In this document: in pieces, positions 12,267 through 25,801 of the stretch
How the letters are laid out: every line of letters starts with the position of its first letter
Position numbering within the stretch: the first letter of the stretch is position 1
Source of the DNA: Octopus sinensis
Taxonomy: Eukaryota
DNA: 64,000 bases
Reading direction: 5' to 3'
Assembly (NCBI RefSeq): GCF_006345805.1
Contig: NC_043023.1
Location: forward strand, 12,586,001 to 12,650,000
Notes under the pieces: model-generated
What the model saw: the letters and a program-made list of their open reading frames with translations, nothing else
Told to the model about the DNA's origin: nothing
The model's database searches: none
Position numbers and translations under genes: made by a program

Positions 12267-12590
12267 GAATGTGTGAGTACACTTTATTGAAAGAATCTTG
12301 TAAAAATTTGAAAACCCTTGAAAGTGAAGTTCTTGACAGAAAGGGACAAAGAGGAAACTACAACGAATCCCACCAGTCAGTAGAGCCACCTATTGGAGAA
12401 CTGAAAGAAGACAACCATGTAAAGGGAAATAACTTCTGCTACATTTCAACCCCGGTTCAACAATTAAATTCTTAATTAAGGTGCTTAATTACTGATTCAC
12501 TGACTCGTTGCTTATTTGTGAATACGGTATTTTGATAAAGATTTACTTTAAGGCTGTAATAGTGATAATACTACTACTACTACTAATAAT
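12267..12590 (+). pseudogene. Diverged relic of an older unit's exon-1 donor and intron-1 start (also 27170-27493, 42433-42745)
   Basis: GAATGTGTGAGT, TTGACAGAAAGGGACAAAGA, TAAAGGGAAATAAC, TTAATTAAGGTGCTTAATTA, TGAATACGGTA and TTTAAGGCTGTAAT match e.g. 21937-22180 in order. Confidence 0.75.
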
Positions 12591-13104
12591 AATAATGTGA
12601 ATAATAGAATTCTGTGAACCTCTTTATGTTACAGTAATTATTTTTCGAAGCGGGAACCTGACAACAATTAAGAAAATGTGCTGGTAGCACGTTAAAAGCA
12701 CCAACTGATCGTGGCCGATGCCGAACTCCCCTGGCACCTGTGCAGGTGGCACATAAAAAGCACCCACTACACTTCTGGAGTGGTTGGCGTTAGGAAGGGC
12801 ATCCAGCTGTAGAAACACTGCCAGATCAAACAGAGACAACTTACAAATTACAATTTTCTCAAGAAAGCCAAGAGAAAAAAATGTTTTATTTTGACACATT
12901 CTCCCAGTAAACGAAATTTTAAAGTGTTTAGTTAACTAGAAATTGTGTTGAAAACTGCCGTTCGAAAGGAAAAGATCCCTCAACAAAGCTCTTGATGAAC
13001 GAAATATTGTGAAGCATTTTGTCTGGCGTGCTAGTGACCCTGCCAGTAAATAATGGGATTATGTGAACCCTTCAATGTTAAAGTAACCATATAGAAGTGA
13101 AAAC

Positions 13105-13668
13105 GGATCTTTTCGGTTTGAACGGCAGTTTTTTCGAGTGGTGCCATATGAAATTGTCACCCATAATTACGACCCTGGTTTCAATCTATTGCATTTCAAT
13201 CTGTTTTAGGGGTTGGGTATATTTTTTTTTCACAAATATAAATAAACCAAATCTGTTTCTTAAACGAGGGACATATTCATACGGCACAGAATGTTTTCAC
13301 CTCAATAGACGCCATTGATTTGTTGAAATTTTCACCCATAATATCGATCTATTGCATATCAATGTTTTAGGGGTGGGGGAAGGGTATATTTTTCCTTCAG
13401 AAATGTAAATAAACCCAATCTATTTTTTAAACGAGGGACATATTCATACGGTACAGAATGTTTTTTACCTCAATAGACGTCAGTGATTGGTTGAAATTGC
13501 ACTAATTGAAGAAAAAAACAACAAATATCTTACCAACAGTAGAATTTTCTCAATAAAGCCAACAGAAAAGGATGTTTTATAAACACATTCTACCAGTATA
13601 CGAAGTTTAAAAGTGTTTAGTTACGTGGAAATTATTTTAAAAAACTGCCGGTCAAACCGAAAAGATCC
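13105..13668. mobile_element. MITE family C in opposite orientation abutting the ZNF3 promoter (also 28008-28571, 59963-60363)
   Basis: Both TIRs present, with an internal partial duplication. Confidence 0.7.
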
Positions 13669-13727
13669 CCAAAAGGTATCCAAGCATTGTTCTTTAGATG
13701 AGAGAGAAGTGTGAAGGAAGGACAATG

Positions 13728-13886
13728 ATTGGACAGGAGAGAAAATGACGTCAGAAACGGATCGGAAGTGCAACGGCCTGACGTCACATCAGGAAGATAT
13801 AAGTCAAAGATGCCTTCTTTCTTTCGGTGTCTGCGACGGGGTCCAGTTCGTGCGCTGGAAACGGTCGTAGTTTAGAATATGTGAGT
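13728..13886 (+). promoter_or_regulatory. Putative ZNF3 promoter and first exon
   Basis: Same CCAAT/CRE/ETS/CRE motifs. Donor GTGAGT at 13881, acceptor ending 15758. Confidence 0.7.
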
Positions 13887-15425
13887 GTATATATTCTATA
13901 TTACCTTGAAGGTAAAATCGTTGACAGAATGCGACAAAGAAGACACCGGAACGAAACGAACCAGTCATAGAAAATTGAAGAACTGTAACCATATAAAGGG
14001 ATATAACTTTCCTTAATTGATTAATTAAGGTGCTTAATTAACGATTGCTGCCTCGTGGTTTCTTTCTGAATACGGTAAGTTGACAAAGATTTATTTTAAG
14101 GCTGTAATGATGATGATAATAGCAATAATGATAAGGTACGACTTGCGAACAGTGGTCCCGGTGCGCGCACTCGCGTATCCGCGCTTGCTAGTCGTAAGTA
14201 GCCGATCCTACAATTTCTAAAACTAAGTAAATACGTTATTTTTATAAACAAACTAAGGTTAGGGTTAAAAAGTCGTAGGATCGACTACATACGACTAGCT
14301 AGCACGGATGCGCGAGTACGCGCACCGGGGCCACTGTTCGCTAGTAGTACCGCGCACCTCTCCAAGATATTGACGCTTACTTGTGAGAAAAAGTTAGGAA
14401 ATGGGAAATATATCCAGAATACATAAAGTATGGAGAAAATTAGAAAGATTAATCTATTTTTTAAGTATTTTATACTAAAAAATAAAATACGGAGAACGGG
14501 CACTCGCGAATATAAACAAACATATAAGGGTACTATTTAAGAAGAGAGGTCCCGGTGGGCGCGCTAGCTAGTCGTGACTAGTCGATCCTTACTTTGTATT
14601 TTTGTTTTATTTACTTTGTTTTAAAAAAATGATCGTAACTTCGGTATAGGTATCGGAAGTACCAGATACATTTCAAGAAAGTGCCTTTTTTTTTTTATAT
14701 ATATGGGGGTTTTGGTTAAGATATGTGTTAGGGGTGGGGGAAAAGGGTTTCTGTTATCTTCAGAAATGTAAACAAAACCACTCACGGTACCTATACCGAA
14801 GGATCGCTAAAAAATTATTTACTTTGTGTAAAAAAATTATTTATTTTGTGTTTTATTTACTTTGCTAGGCAGTCGTCCTAGGATCGACTAGTCACGACTA
14901 ACTAGGGCGTGTGCGCGCACAGGGACCACTCTTTTTAAATAGTACCGGAGAAAATTAGAACGATTAATCTATTTTTTTAACTATTTTATACTAAATAATG
15001 AAATACGCAGAACGGGCACTCGCGAATATAAACAAACATGTATGTACGTATACGTATGTATTTATGCATATATATGTATTATTATGTATACATATATGTG
15101 TGTGTGTGTAAGGGTGAAAGAAATTGAATATTAATTAATAACATCAATTTCGTATGGATTTTGGCGTTTGGTTCAGCAAATTATGTTTTTGATATACTCT
15201 ACCGATGATTCGAAAATGATTTGTAAGTAAAATTACACAATCTATTAACTATGAAACAATTGTATAGAGTTAATCCATTTTTTCGTTATTTTTCATTTGT
15301 CCTGCCCCCTTACATTCTTGGCGTGTTGAATTAATGCTTGAGAACAATTCTTTAGTGGTGGATTCCCTTTGCGGATCTATTTCTAGCGTTAGAGTGACCA
15401 CATGTGGTCCCTCTCTTAATACTTG

Positions 15426-15476
<51 letters not shown>

Positions 15477-16588
15477 ATGCAAATATATTTGTAGTGAATC
15501 TTGCACGCATGAAGTAGATTGAATCCATCCTTGCCAAAATTTTAATTAACCCTTCACCAAAATTTTTCCCACGGCAGAACAATAGAGAAATCTCTATACA
15601 GAATGTTGTAAAAGTTTCAATGCCTCAATGGATTCTGACCCCTGCAAACATAGACATTAAATGGACGACAGTGTTGATGTTGTAAGATTTGCAATGTTGA
15701 ATTACTATGTCGTTTAATGATTCTCTTTATCTCACTGCTTCTTTTTTTTCTATTTCAGAATATAACATCCTGTTGATATGAAAGAAATTACTTCATTCAG
15801 ATGTGCCTCTGATATTTTATCAGCTCCCATCAACCAAAGGAAGATGATATATTTATAAGGAGCATTCATCAATACATCAAACTCATCTTATAAAGGAAAT
15901 CTGTGAAAAACAACAGCAAAATATTTCTTCTGGACGATGGAATTAACAGCAACAATTTGAAGTCTTTGCTGTCTGGAATATAGAGGAGATGATTGTTTTA
16001 CAGGTTAATTAAGCTTGGATAACTTTACAAAGGGGTAGACAATTGTCACCTCTTGATTTAGATATTAAGCAAAATCACAGATGAAAGAGCATAGCATTAA
16101 ATTATTCTCTGAAGATAGCAACACAAATATGTTCATAGAAATGAATTTTTTTCCTATTTCATAATATCATACCATGTTGATTAAAAAGAAATTTCTTCAT
16201 TCAGAGGTGTGTCTGATATTTTGATTGACTTTCATCAATTAAAGGAAGACCATATATTCATAAGACACATTCATCAATACATCAGCTTCTTTATATAAAT
16301 AAAATCTTCGACGAACGATGGGGAAATATTTCTTCTGGATGATGGAATTAAGAGCAACATTTTTTTTGCCATCTGGAATGTAGAGATGATGATGAACCTA
16401 CAGGTTAAGTTTGAGTAACTTTACAAAAGAGTTAACCAATTTATATCTTCTGTTTTAGATATTAAGCAAGATCACCTATGAAAGTAACATAACATTTAAT
16501 TATTCTCTGATGCATTTGAACACAAACATTCATAGAAATGAAACAGATACTATCATTGTGATATGTATAACGAAATTATTCTCTCATA

Positions 16589-17893
16589 ATGAATAATTCA
16601 ACTAAAGCAAAAATCTCTGATGAAAGAGAGAAACCATATCACTGTGATATCTGTGGCAAGTCATTCTCTCAAAGTTGTAATCTAAGAAGGCACAGACGTA
16701 TTCATACTGGGGAAAAACCATATCAGTGTGATATCTGTAGTAAATCATTTTCTCAAAATAGCAGTTTAACTCATCACAAATTTATTCATACTGGGGAAAA
16801 GCCGCATCAGTGTGATATCTGTGGTAAATCATTTTCTCGAAGTGCTGACTTACCTAAACACAAACGTACTCATACAGGAGAGAAACCATATCAGTGTGAT
16901 ATCTGTGGTAAATCATTTTCTCAAAGAGCTGAGTTACCTGGACACAAACGTACTCATACAGGAGAGAAACCATATCAGTGTGATATCTGTGGTAAATCAT
17001 TTTCTGAAAATAGCACTTTAACTCATCACAAATTTATTCATACTGGGGAAAAGCCGCATCAGTGTGATATCTGTGGTAAATCATTTCCTCGAAGAGCTGA
17101 TTTACCTAGACACAAACATACTCATACAGGAGAGAAACCATATCAGTGTGATATCTGTGGTAAATCATTCTCTGGAACTGCTGATTTACCTAGACACAAA
17201 CGTACTCATACAGGAGACAAACCATATCAGTGTGATATCTGTGGTAAATCATTTTCTGAAAATAGCACTTTAACTCGTCACAAACGTATTCATACTGGGG
17301 AAAAGCCATACCATTGTGATATCTGTGGTGAATCATTTTCTAGAAATTACAATTTAACTGATCACAAACTTATCCATACAGGAGAGAAGCCATACCATTG
17401 TGATATCTGTGGTAAATCATTCACTACAAATAGTTCTTTGACTAGTCATATACGTATTCATACTGGGGAAAAACCATATCAGTGTGACATCTGTTGTAAA
17501 TCATTCTCTACCAGTGGTGACTTAAATAAACACAAACGTACACATACAGGAGAAAAGCCCCATCATTGTAATATCTGTGGTAAATCATTTTCTAGAAGCA
17601 GACATTTGTCTGGTCACAGACGTATTCATACTGGGGAAAAAACATATCAGGGTGATATCTGTGGTAAATCATTCTCTCTTAATAGCAATTTAATCAGTCA
17701 CAAACATATTCATACAGGAGAGAAGCCATATCATTGTGATATCTGTGATAAATCATTCTCTCACGGTAGTGACTTGCCTAAGCACAAACGTATTCATACA
17801 GGTGAAAGACCATATCATTGTGATATTTGTGGTGAGTCATTCTCTCAAAAAGGCCACTTAAGTACACATATGAGTATTCATACACAAGTCTAA
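16589..17893 (+). CDS. ZNF3: 434-aa C2H2 zinc-finger protein, 15 finger units (finger 13 lacks its first Cys)
   Basis: Uninterrupted ORF ending in the family terminal finger [20 protein letters not shown]. Confidence 0.95.
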   Translation: MNNSTKAKISDEREKPYHCDICGKSFSQSCNLRRHRRIHTGEKPYQCDICSKSFSQNSSLTHHKFIHTGEKPHQCDICGKSFSRSADLPKHKRTHTGEKPYQCDICGKSFSQRAELPGHKRTHTGEKPYQCDICGKSFSENSTLTHHKFIHTGEKPHQCDICGKSFPRRADLPRHKHTHTGEKPYQCDICGKSFSGTADLPRHKRTHTGDKPYQCDICGKSFSENSTLTRHKRIHTGEKPYHCDICGESFSRNYNLTDHKLIHTGEKPYHCDICGKSFTTNSSLTSHIRIHTGEKPYQCDICCKSFSTSGDLNKHKRTHTGEKPHHCNICGKSFSRSRHLSGHRRIHTGEKTYQGDICGKSFSLNSNLISHKHIHTGEKPYHCDICDKSFSHGSDLPKHKRIHTGERPYHCDICGESFSQKGHLSTHMSIHTQV

Positions 17894-17918
17894 CAGTATC
17901 AGTATCAAAATATATTAC

Positions 17919-18477
17919 AACCCGGCAGGACAAGTGAGACCACAACCCATGGCCTCTAACTGGGATGTAGCCAGTCCACTTATGCATACCTTACCTTCTT
18001 GGGACACAAAACTCTACTTGTGAAGACTTGTTGAGGCAAGTGAGAATCAGAATCAAAATCGAAATCAATCAACATCAGTGGAAATTGTAGCTGTGATACC
18101 AGAGCTGGTGGATCGTAAAACGCACTATCCGATCGTGGCCATTGCCAGTCTAGCCTGGACCCTGTGCCGGTGGCACGTAAAAAGCACCATCCGAACATGG
18201 CCGTTGCCATCACCGCCTCAACTGGCTTCCGTGCCGGTGGCACGTAAGAAGCACCGACCGATCGTGGCCGATGCCAGACTCCCCTGGCCCCTGTGCCGGT
18301 GGCACATAGAAAGCATCCACTGCACTCACAGAGTGGTTGGCGTTTAGGAAGGGCATCCAGCTGTAGAAACACTGCCAGATCAGACTGCAACCTGATGCAG
18401 CCTCCTGGCTTCCCAGACCCCAGTCAACCGTCCAACCCATGCTAGCAGGGAAAACAGATGTTATACAATGATGATGA
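17919..18477 (+). mobile_element. Retroposon 3' tail after ZNF3 (copy at 32825-33383 after ZNF5)
   Basis: Same family, four internal repeats. Confidence 0.75.
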
Positions 18478-18590
18478 GGAGGATTCTCTATTGTTTCCTG
18501 TGACAGACAGCTGTTCTTTTGTGTACTGGACATTTCCAATGTTTTGTTATTAAACATTTTGTAAAAATAAAATTTTTTGTGCATGCTTAT

Positions 18591-18987
18591 TCTCTCTTTC
18601 TCTTTCTCTTTTACTTGTTTCAGTCGTTTGACTGCGGCCATGCTGGAGCACCGCCTTTAATAGAGCATCTCGAACCCGGGACTTATTCTTTTGTAAGCCT
18701 AGTACTTATTCTATCGGTCTCTTTTGCCGAACTGCTAAGTGACGGGGACATAGACACACCAGCATCGATTGTCAAGCAATGCTAGGGGGACAAACACAAA
18801 CACATGCATATATATACATCTATACAACAGGCTTCTTTCAGTTTCCGTCTACCAAATCTACTCACAAGGCATTGGTCGGCCTGAGGCTATAGTAGAAGAT
18901 ACTCACCCAAGGTGCAACGCAGTGGGACTGAACCTGGAACAATGTGGTTGGTAAGGAAGCTACTTACCACACAGCCACTCCTGCGCC
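18591..18987 (-). mobile_element. Same SINE, orthologous position in unit 3-4 spacer
   Basis: Same sequence and flanks as 4147-4537, with B box GGTTCAGTCCC. Confidence 0.85.
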
Positions 18988-20480
18988 TATATGTATATTG
19001 TGATTACATTTTCTTTTGAGTTGTCATATTTTCTGCCACATCTTCTGGGTAATCGGTAGCCATCTTACTTCTGGTGCCACTGCAATCTTTCTATTTCCAT
19101 GCTCCGCTCTCAAGGGGTAACCTTATAGTGACGCCTGGTCCCAGACACCATTTTAGGATTTTCATCCACGCATGCCCATGGGTAAGAGCCTGCCGGAAGC
19201 CCCTTATGCACATGTGCAGTCATCAGCATCAGCTAGGCTTGACCGCTGTCCTCTCTCTTCGCCCCTGCTTCCAACCAAGCCGGACACAACTTCACCAGCT
19301 CCGTGTGGCTGGAATTCTAAAGGCGATCCATGACTTCAGCGAATCTGTGAAGTATGCCTTCACAATCGTGATTAAACTGTCTCTGCTGTTTCCGCACCAA
19401 GGCGACCTAGCTACTGATTGTCCAGAGATGTAACGCTTGTACAGACAGAAAAATAAATATTGTTATTTGTTCAGAGATCCTTGTTCTCTTGATTTTTTAA
19501 TGGCTTTGCGGGGTGACTGGGGAAATGTGAAGATGTGCACGACCACTCTTGGACGGTTTTGAATGACCATAGAAAGTGCGAGCCCTCTAACTGAAACATT
19601 GTGGATTTGTATAAAGGACAGGCACACACAGACAGACATTTGGCCATTTATATATACAGAAATGTTGATGTAATTCAGCCTAAGGAGACATCTACAGCTG
19701 GCTACACGACATGATCTCTTTATATTCGCGAGTGCCCGTTCTCCATATTTTATTTGTTAGTATAAAATACTTTTAAAAAATGGATGAATCTTCCTAATTT
19801 TCTGCCGATTTAAGAATTATCTTTTAAACCTGTAGGTGAAAAGGTAAAAATCCCAGCGCTTCTCTATTTCCTTTCGTAATTGTGCATTATGTTGGGAGCG
19901 GGGCCATCTTTTCCCTCCCCGTTGTCATTGGAAGAATTAATCAACCTTCGAATGTCGAACACACTACACTACATTCCATCCACTGACGGTTCTCTCAAAG
20001 TAGCAACTTAATTATACATGAGAGAAAATAGATCACTGTGATCATCATCATCATCATCGTTTAACGTCCGATTTCCATTCTAGCATGGGTTGCACGATTT
20101 GATTGAGGACTGGCGAACCAGGAGGCAGCACCAGGCTCCAATCTGATCTGGCAGAATTTCTACAGCTGGATGCCCTTCCTAACACCAACCAGCTGTAGAA
20201 ACTCTACCAGATCAGATTGGAGCCTGGTGCTGCCATCTGTTCTTTGGGAATAATGGGGATCTTTCCGGTTTGAACGGCAGGTTTTTAAATTTCTAGTAAA
20301 ACTAAAACAATTTTAAACTTCGTATACAGATAGAATGTATTTATAAAGCATCTTTTTCCTTGGCTTTATTGAGAAAATTCTGTAGTTTGTAACATATTTG
20401 TTGTTTTTTTTCTGCAATTTCAACCAATCAATGACGTCTATTGAGGTAAAAAAACACGTGCCTTATGACTATGTCCCTCG

Positions 20481-21396
20481 TTTTTGTAGCGGTGTCATAT
20501 GTAATTGTCACCCATAATTATGACCCTAGGATCGATCTATTGCATTTCAATATGTGTTAAGGTTAGGGGTGGGGGAAGGGTATCATTTTTTATTCTAAAA
20601 TGTAAATAAACCCAATCTGTTTCTTAAACGAGGGACATATTCATAAGGCACATAATGTTTTTTTCACCTCAATAGACATCATCGATTGGTTGAAAGTGCA
20701 GAAAAAAACAACAAAGATGTTACAAACTACAGAATTTTCTCAATAAAGCCAAAGAAAAAGATGCTTTATAAATACATTCTATCTGTATATGAAGTTTAAA
20801 ATTTTTTTAGTTACCTAGAAATTTAAAAACCTGCAGTTCAAACCGAAAAGATCCCCATTATTCCCAGAGAACAGATGGCAGCACCAGGCTCCAATCTGAT
20901 CTGGCAGAGTTTCTACAGCTGGATGCCCTTCCTAACACCAACAAGCTGTAGAAACTCTACCAGATCAGATTGGAGCCTGGTGCAGCCATCTGGTTTGACA
21001 ACTGTTCTCTGGGAATAATGGGGATCTTTTCGGTTTGAACGGCAGGTTTTTAAATTTCTAGGTAACTAAAAAAATTTTAAACTTCATATACAGATAGAAT
21101 GTATTTATAAAGCATCTTTTTCTTTGGCTTTATTGAGAAAATTCTGTAGTTTGTAACATCTTTGTTGTTTTTTTCTGCACTTTCAACCAATCAATGATGT
21201 CTATTGAGTTAAAAAAAAACATTATGTGCCTTATGAATATGTCCCTCGTTTAAGAAACAGATTGGGTTTATTTACATTTTAGAAGAAAAAATGATACCCT
21301 TCCCCCACCCCTAACCTTAACACATATTGAAATGCAATAGATCGATCCTAGGGTCATAATTATGGGTGACAATTACATATGACACCGCTACAAAAA
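20481..21396. repeat. ~0.9-kb palindrome centred on the 111-bp hairpin (copy at 35387-36302)
   Basis: 20481 TTTTTGTAGCGGTGTCATATG is the reverse complement of the sequence ending 21396. Arms are collinear apart from a small indel next to the hairpin. Confidence 0.88.
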
Positions 21397-21790
21397 CTTC
21401 CGGTCAAACCGAAAAGACCCTTTTTTTTTACACAAGGTAAATAATAAGGCGATGCTTTGATATATAAATACACACGTGACTTTGTTTACATTTGCGAAGA
21501 TAACAGAAAGCCTTTTCTCCCCCACTTCTAACCCTAACACGTGGACATTCTTTTAAAAAACTGCCGGTCAAACCGAAAAGATCCCAAATATCTTACAAAC
21601 TATAGAATTTTCTCAATAAAGCCAAGAGAAAAAGATGTTTTATAAACATATTCTACCAGTATACGAAGTTTAAAAGTGTTTAGTTACGTGGAAATTATTT
21701 TTAAAAACTGCCGGTCAAACCGAAAAGATCCCCAAAAGGTATCCAAGCATTGTTCTTTAGATGAGAGAGAAGTGTGAAGGAAGGACAATG

Positions 21791-21949
21791 ATTGGACAGG
21801 AGAGAAAATGACGTCAGAAACGGATCGGAAGTGCAACGGCCTGACGTCACATCAGGAAGATATAAGTCAAAGATGCCTTCTTTCTTTCGGTGTCTGCGAC
21901 GGGGTCCAGTTCGTGCGCTGGAAACGGTCGTAGATTAGAATATGTGAGT
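21791..21949 (+). promoter_or_regulatory. Putative ZNF4 promoter and first exon
   Basis: Same motifs. Donor 21944, acceptor ending 23745. Confidence 0.7.
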
Positions 21950-24576
21950 GTATATATTCTATATTACCTTCAAGGTAAAACCGTTGACAGAATGGGACAA
22001 AGAAGACACCGGAACGAAACGAACCAGTCATAGAAAATTGAAGAACTATAACCATATAAAGGGATATAACTTTCCTTAATTAATTAATTAAGGTGCTTAA
22101 TTAACGATCACTGACTCGTTGTTTGTATCTGAATACGGTAAGTTTACAAAGATTTATTTTAAGGCTTTAATGATGATGATAATACCAATAATGATAAGGT
22201 ACTACTAGCGAACAGTGGTCCCGGTGCGAGCACTCGCGCTTGCTAGTCGTAAGTAGTCGATCCTACAATTTTTAAAACTAAGTAAATACGTTATTTTTGT
22301 AAACAAACTAAGGTTAGGGTTAAAAAGTCGTAGGATCGACTACATACGACTAGCTTGCACGGATGCGTGAGTGCGCGCACCTGGACCACTGTTCGCGAGT
22401 AGTACCGCGCACCTCTCCAGGATAATGACGCTTACTTGTGAGAAAAAGTTAGGAAATGGGAAATATATCCAGAATACATAAAGTATGGAGAAAATAAGAA
22501 AGATTGATCTATTTTTTAAATATTTTATACTAAAAAATAAAATACGGAGAACGGGCACTCGCGAATATAAACAAACTTATAAGGGTACTATTTAAGAAGA
22601 GCGGTCCCGGTGAGCGCGCTAGCTAGTCGTGACTAGTCGATCCTTACTTTGTATTTTTGTTTTAAAAAAATGAGCGTAACTTCGGTATAGGTACCGGAAG
22701 TACCAGATACATTTCAAGAAAGTGTCTTTTTTTTTTATATATATGGGGTTTTTTGTTAAGATTTGTGTTAGGGGTGGGAGAAAAGGGTTTCTGTTATCTT
22801 CAGAAATGTAAACAAAGCCACTCACGGTACCTATACTGAAGGATCACCAAAAAATTACTTATTTTGTGTTTTATTTACTTTGGTAGGTAGTCGTTGTAGG
22901 ATCGACTAGTCACGACTAACTAGCGCGAGTGCGCGCACCGGGACCACTCTTTTTAAATAGTACCGGAGAAAATTACAACGATTAATCTATTTTTTTAACT
23001 ATTTTATACTAAAAAATAAAATACGCAGAACGGGCACTCGCGAATATAAACAAACATGTATGTACGTATACGTATGTATTTATGCATATATATGTATTAT
23101 TATGTATACATATATGTGTGTGTGTGTAAGGGTGAAAGAAATTGAATATTAATTAATAACATCAATTTCGTATAGATTTTGGCGTTTGGTTCAGCAAATT
23201 ATGTTTTTGATATACTCTACCGATGATTCGAAAATGATTTGTAAGTAAAATTACACAATCTATTAACGATGAAACAATTGTATAGAGTTAATCCATTTTT
23301 TCGTTATTTTTCATTTGTCCTGCCCGCTTACATTCTTGGCGTGTTGAATTAATGCTTGAGAACAATTCTTTAGTGGTGGATTCCCTTTGCGGATCTATTT
23401 CTAGCGTTAGAGTGACCACATGTGGTCCCTCTCTTAATACTTGTATGTATATGTGTGTGTGTATACAAATATATTTGCAGTGAATCTTGCACGCATGAAG
23501 TAGATTGGATCCACCATAGCCAAAATTTTAATGAACCCTTCACCAAAATTTTTCCCACGGCAGAACAATAGAGAAATCTCTATACAGAATGTTGTAAAAG
23601 TTTCAATGCCTCAATGGATTCTGACCCCTGCAAACATAGACATTAAATGGACGACAGTGTTGATGTTGTAAGATTTGCAATGTTGAATTACTATGTCGTT
23701 TAATGATTCTCTTTATCTCACTGCTTCTTTTTTTTTCTATTTTAGAATATAACATCCTGTTGATATGAAAGAAATTACTTCATTCAGATGTGCCTCTGAT
23801 ATTCTATCAGCTCCCATCAACCAAAGGAAGATGATATATTTATAAGGAGCATTCATCAATACATCAAACCCATCTTATAAAGGAAATCTGTGAAAAACAA
23901 CAGCAAAATATTTCTTCTGGACGATGGAATTAACAGCAACAATTTGAAGTCTTTCCTGTCTGGAATATAGAGGAGATGATTGTTTTACAGGTTAATTAAG
24001 CTTGGATAACTTTACAAAGCGGCAGGCAATTGTCACCTCTTGATTTAGATATTAAGCAAAATCTCAGATGAAAGAAGCATAGCATTAAATTATTCTCTGA
24101 AAATAGCAACACAAATATATTCATAGAAATGAATTTTTTTCCTATTTCATAATATCATACCATGTTGATTTAAAAGAAATTTCTTCATTCAGATGTGTGT
24201 CTGATATTTTTATTGACTTTCATCAATTAAAGGAAGACCATATATTCATAAGGCACATTCATCAAAACATCAGCTTCTTTATATAAATAAAATCTTCGCC
24301 GAACGATGGGGAAATATTTCTTCTGGATGATGGAATTTAGAGCAACATTTTTTTTGCCATCTGGAATGTAGAGATGATGATGTACCTACAGGTTAAGTTT
24401 GAGTAACTTTACAGAAGAGTTAACCAATTTATATCTTCTGTTTTAGATATTAAGCAAGATCACCAATGAAAGTAACATAACATTTAATTATTCTCTGATG
24501 CATTTGAACACAAACATTCATGGAAATGAAACAGATACTATCATTGTGATACGTATAACGAAATTATTCTCTCATA

Positions 24577-25801
<1,225 letters not shown>

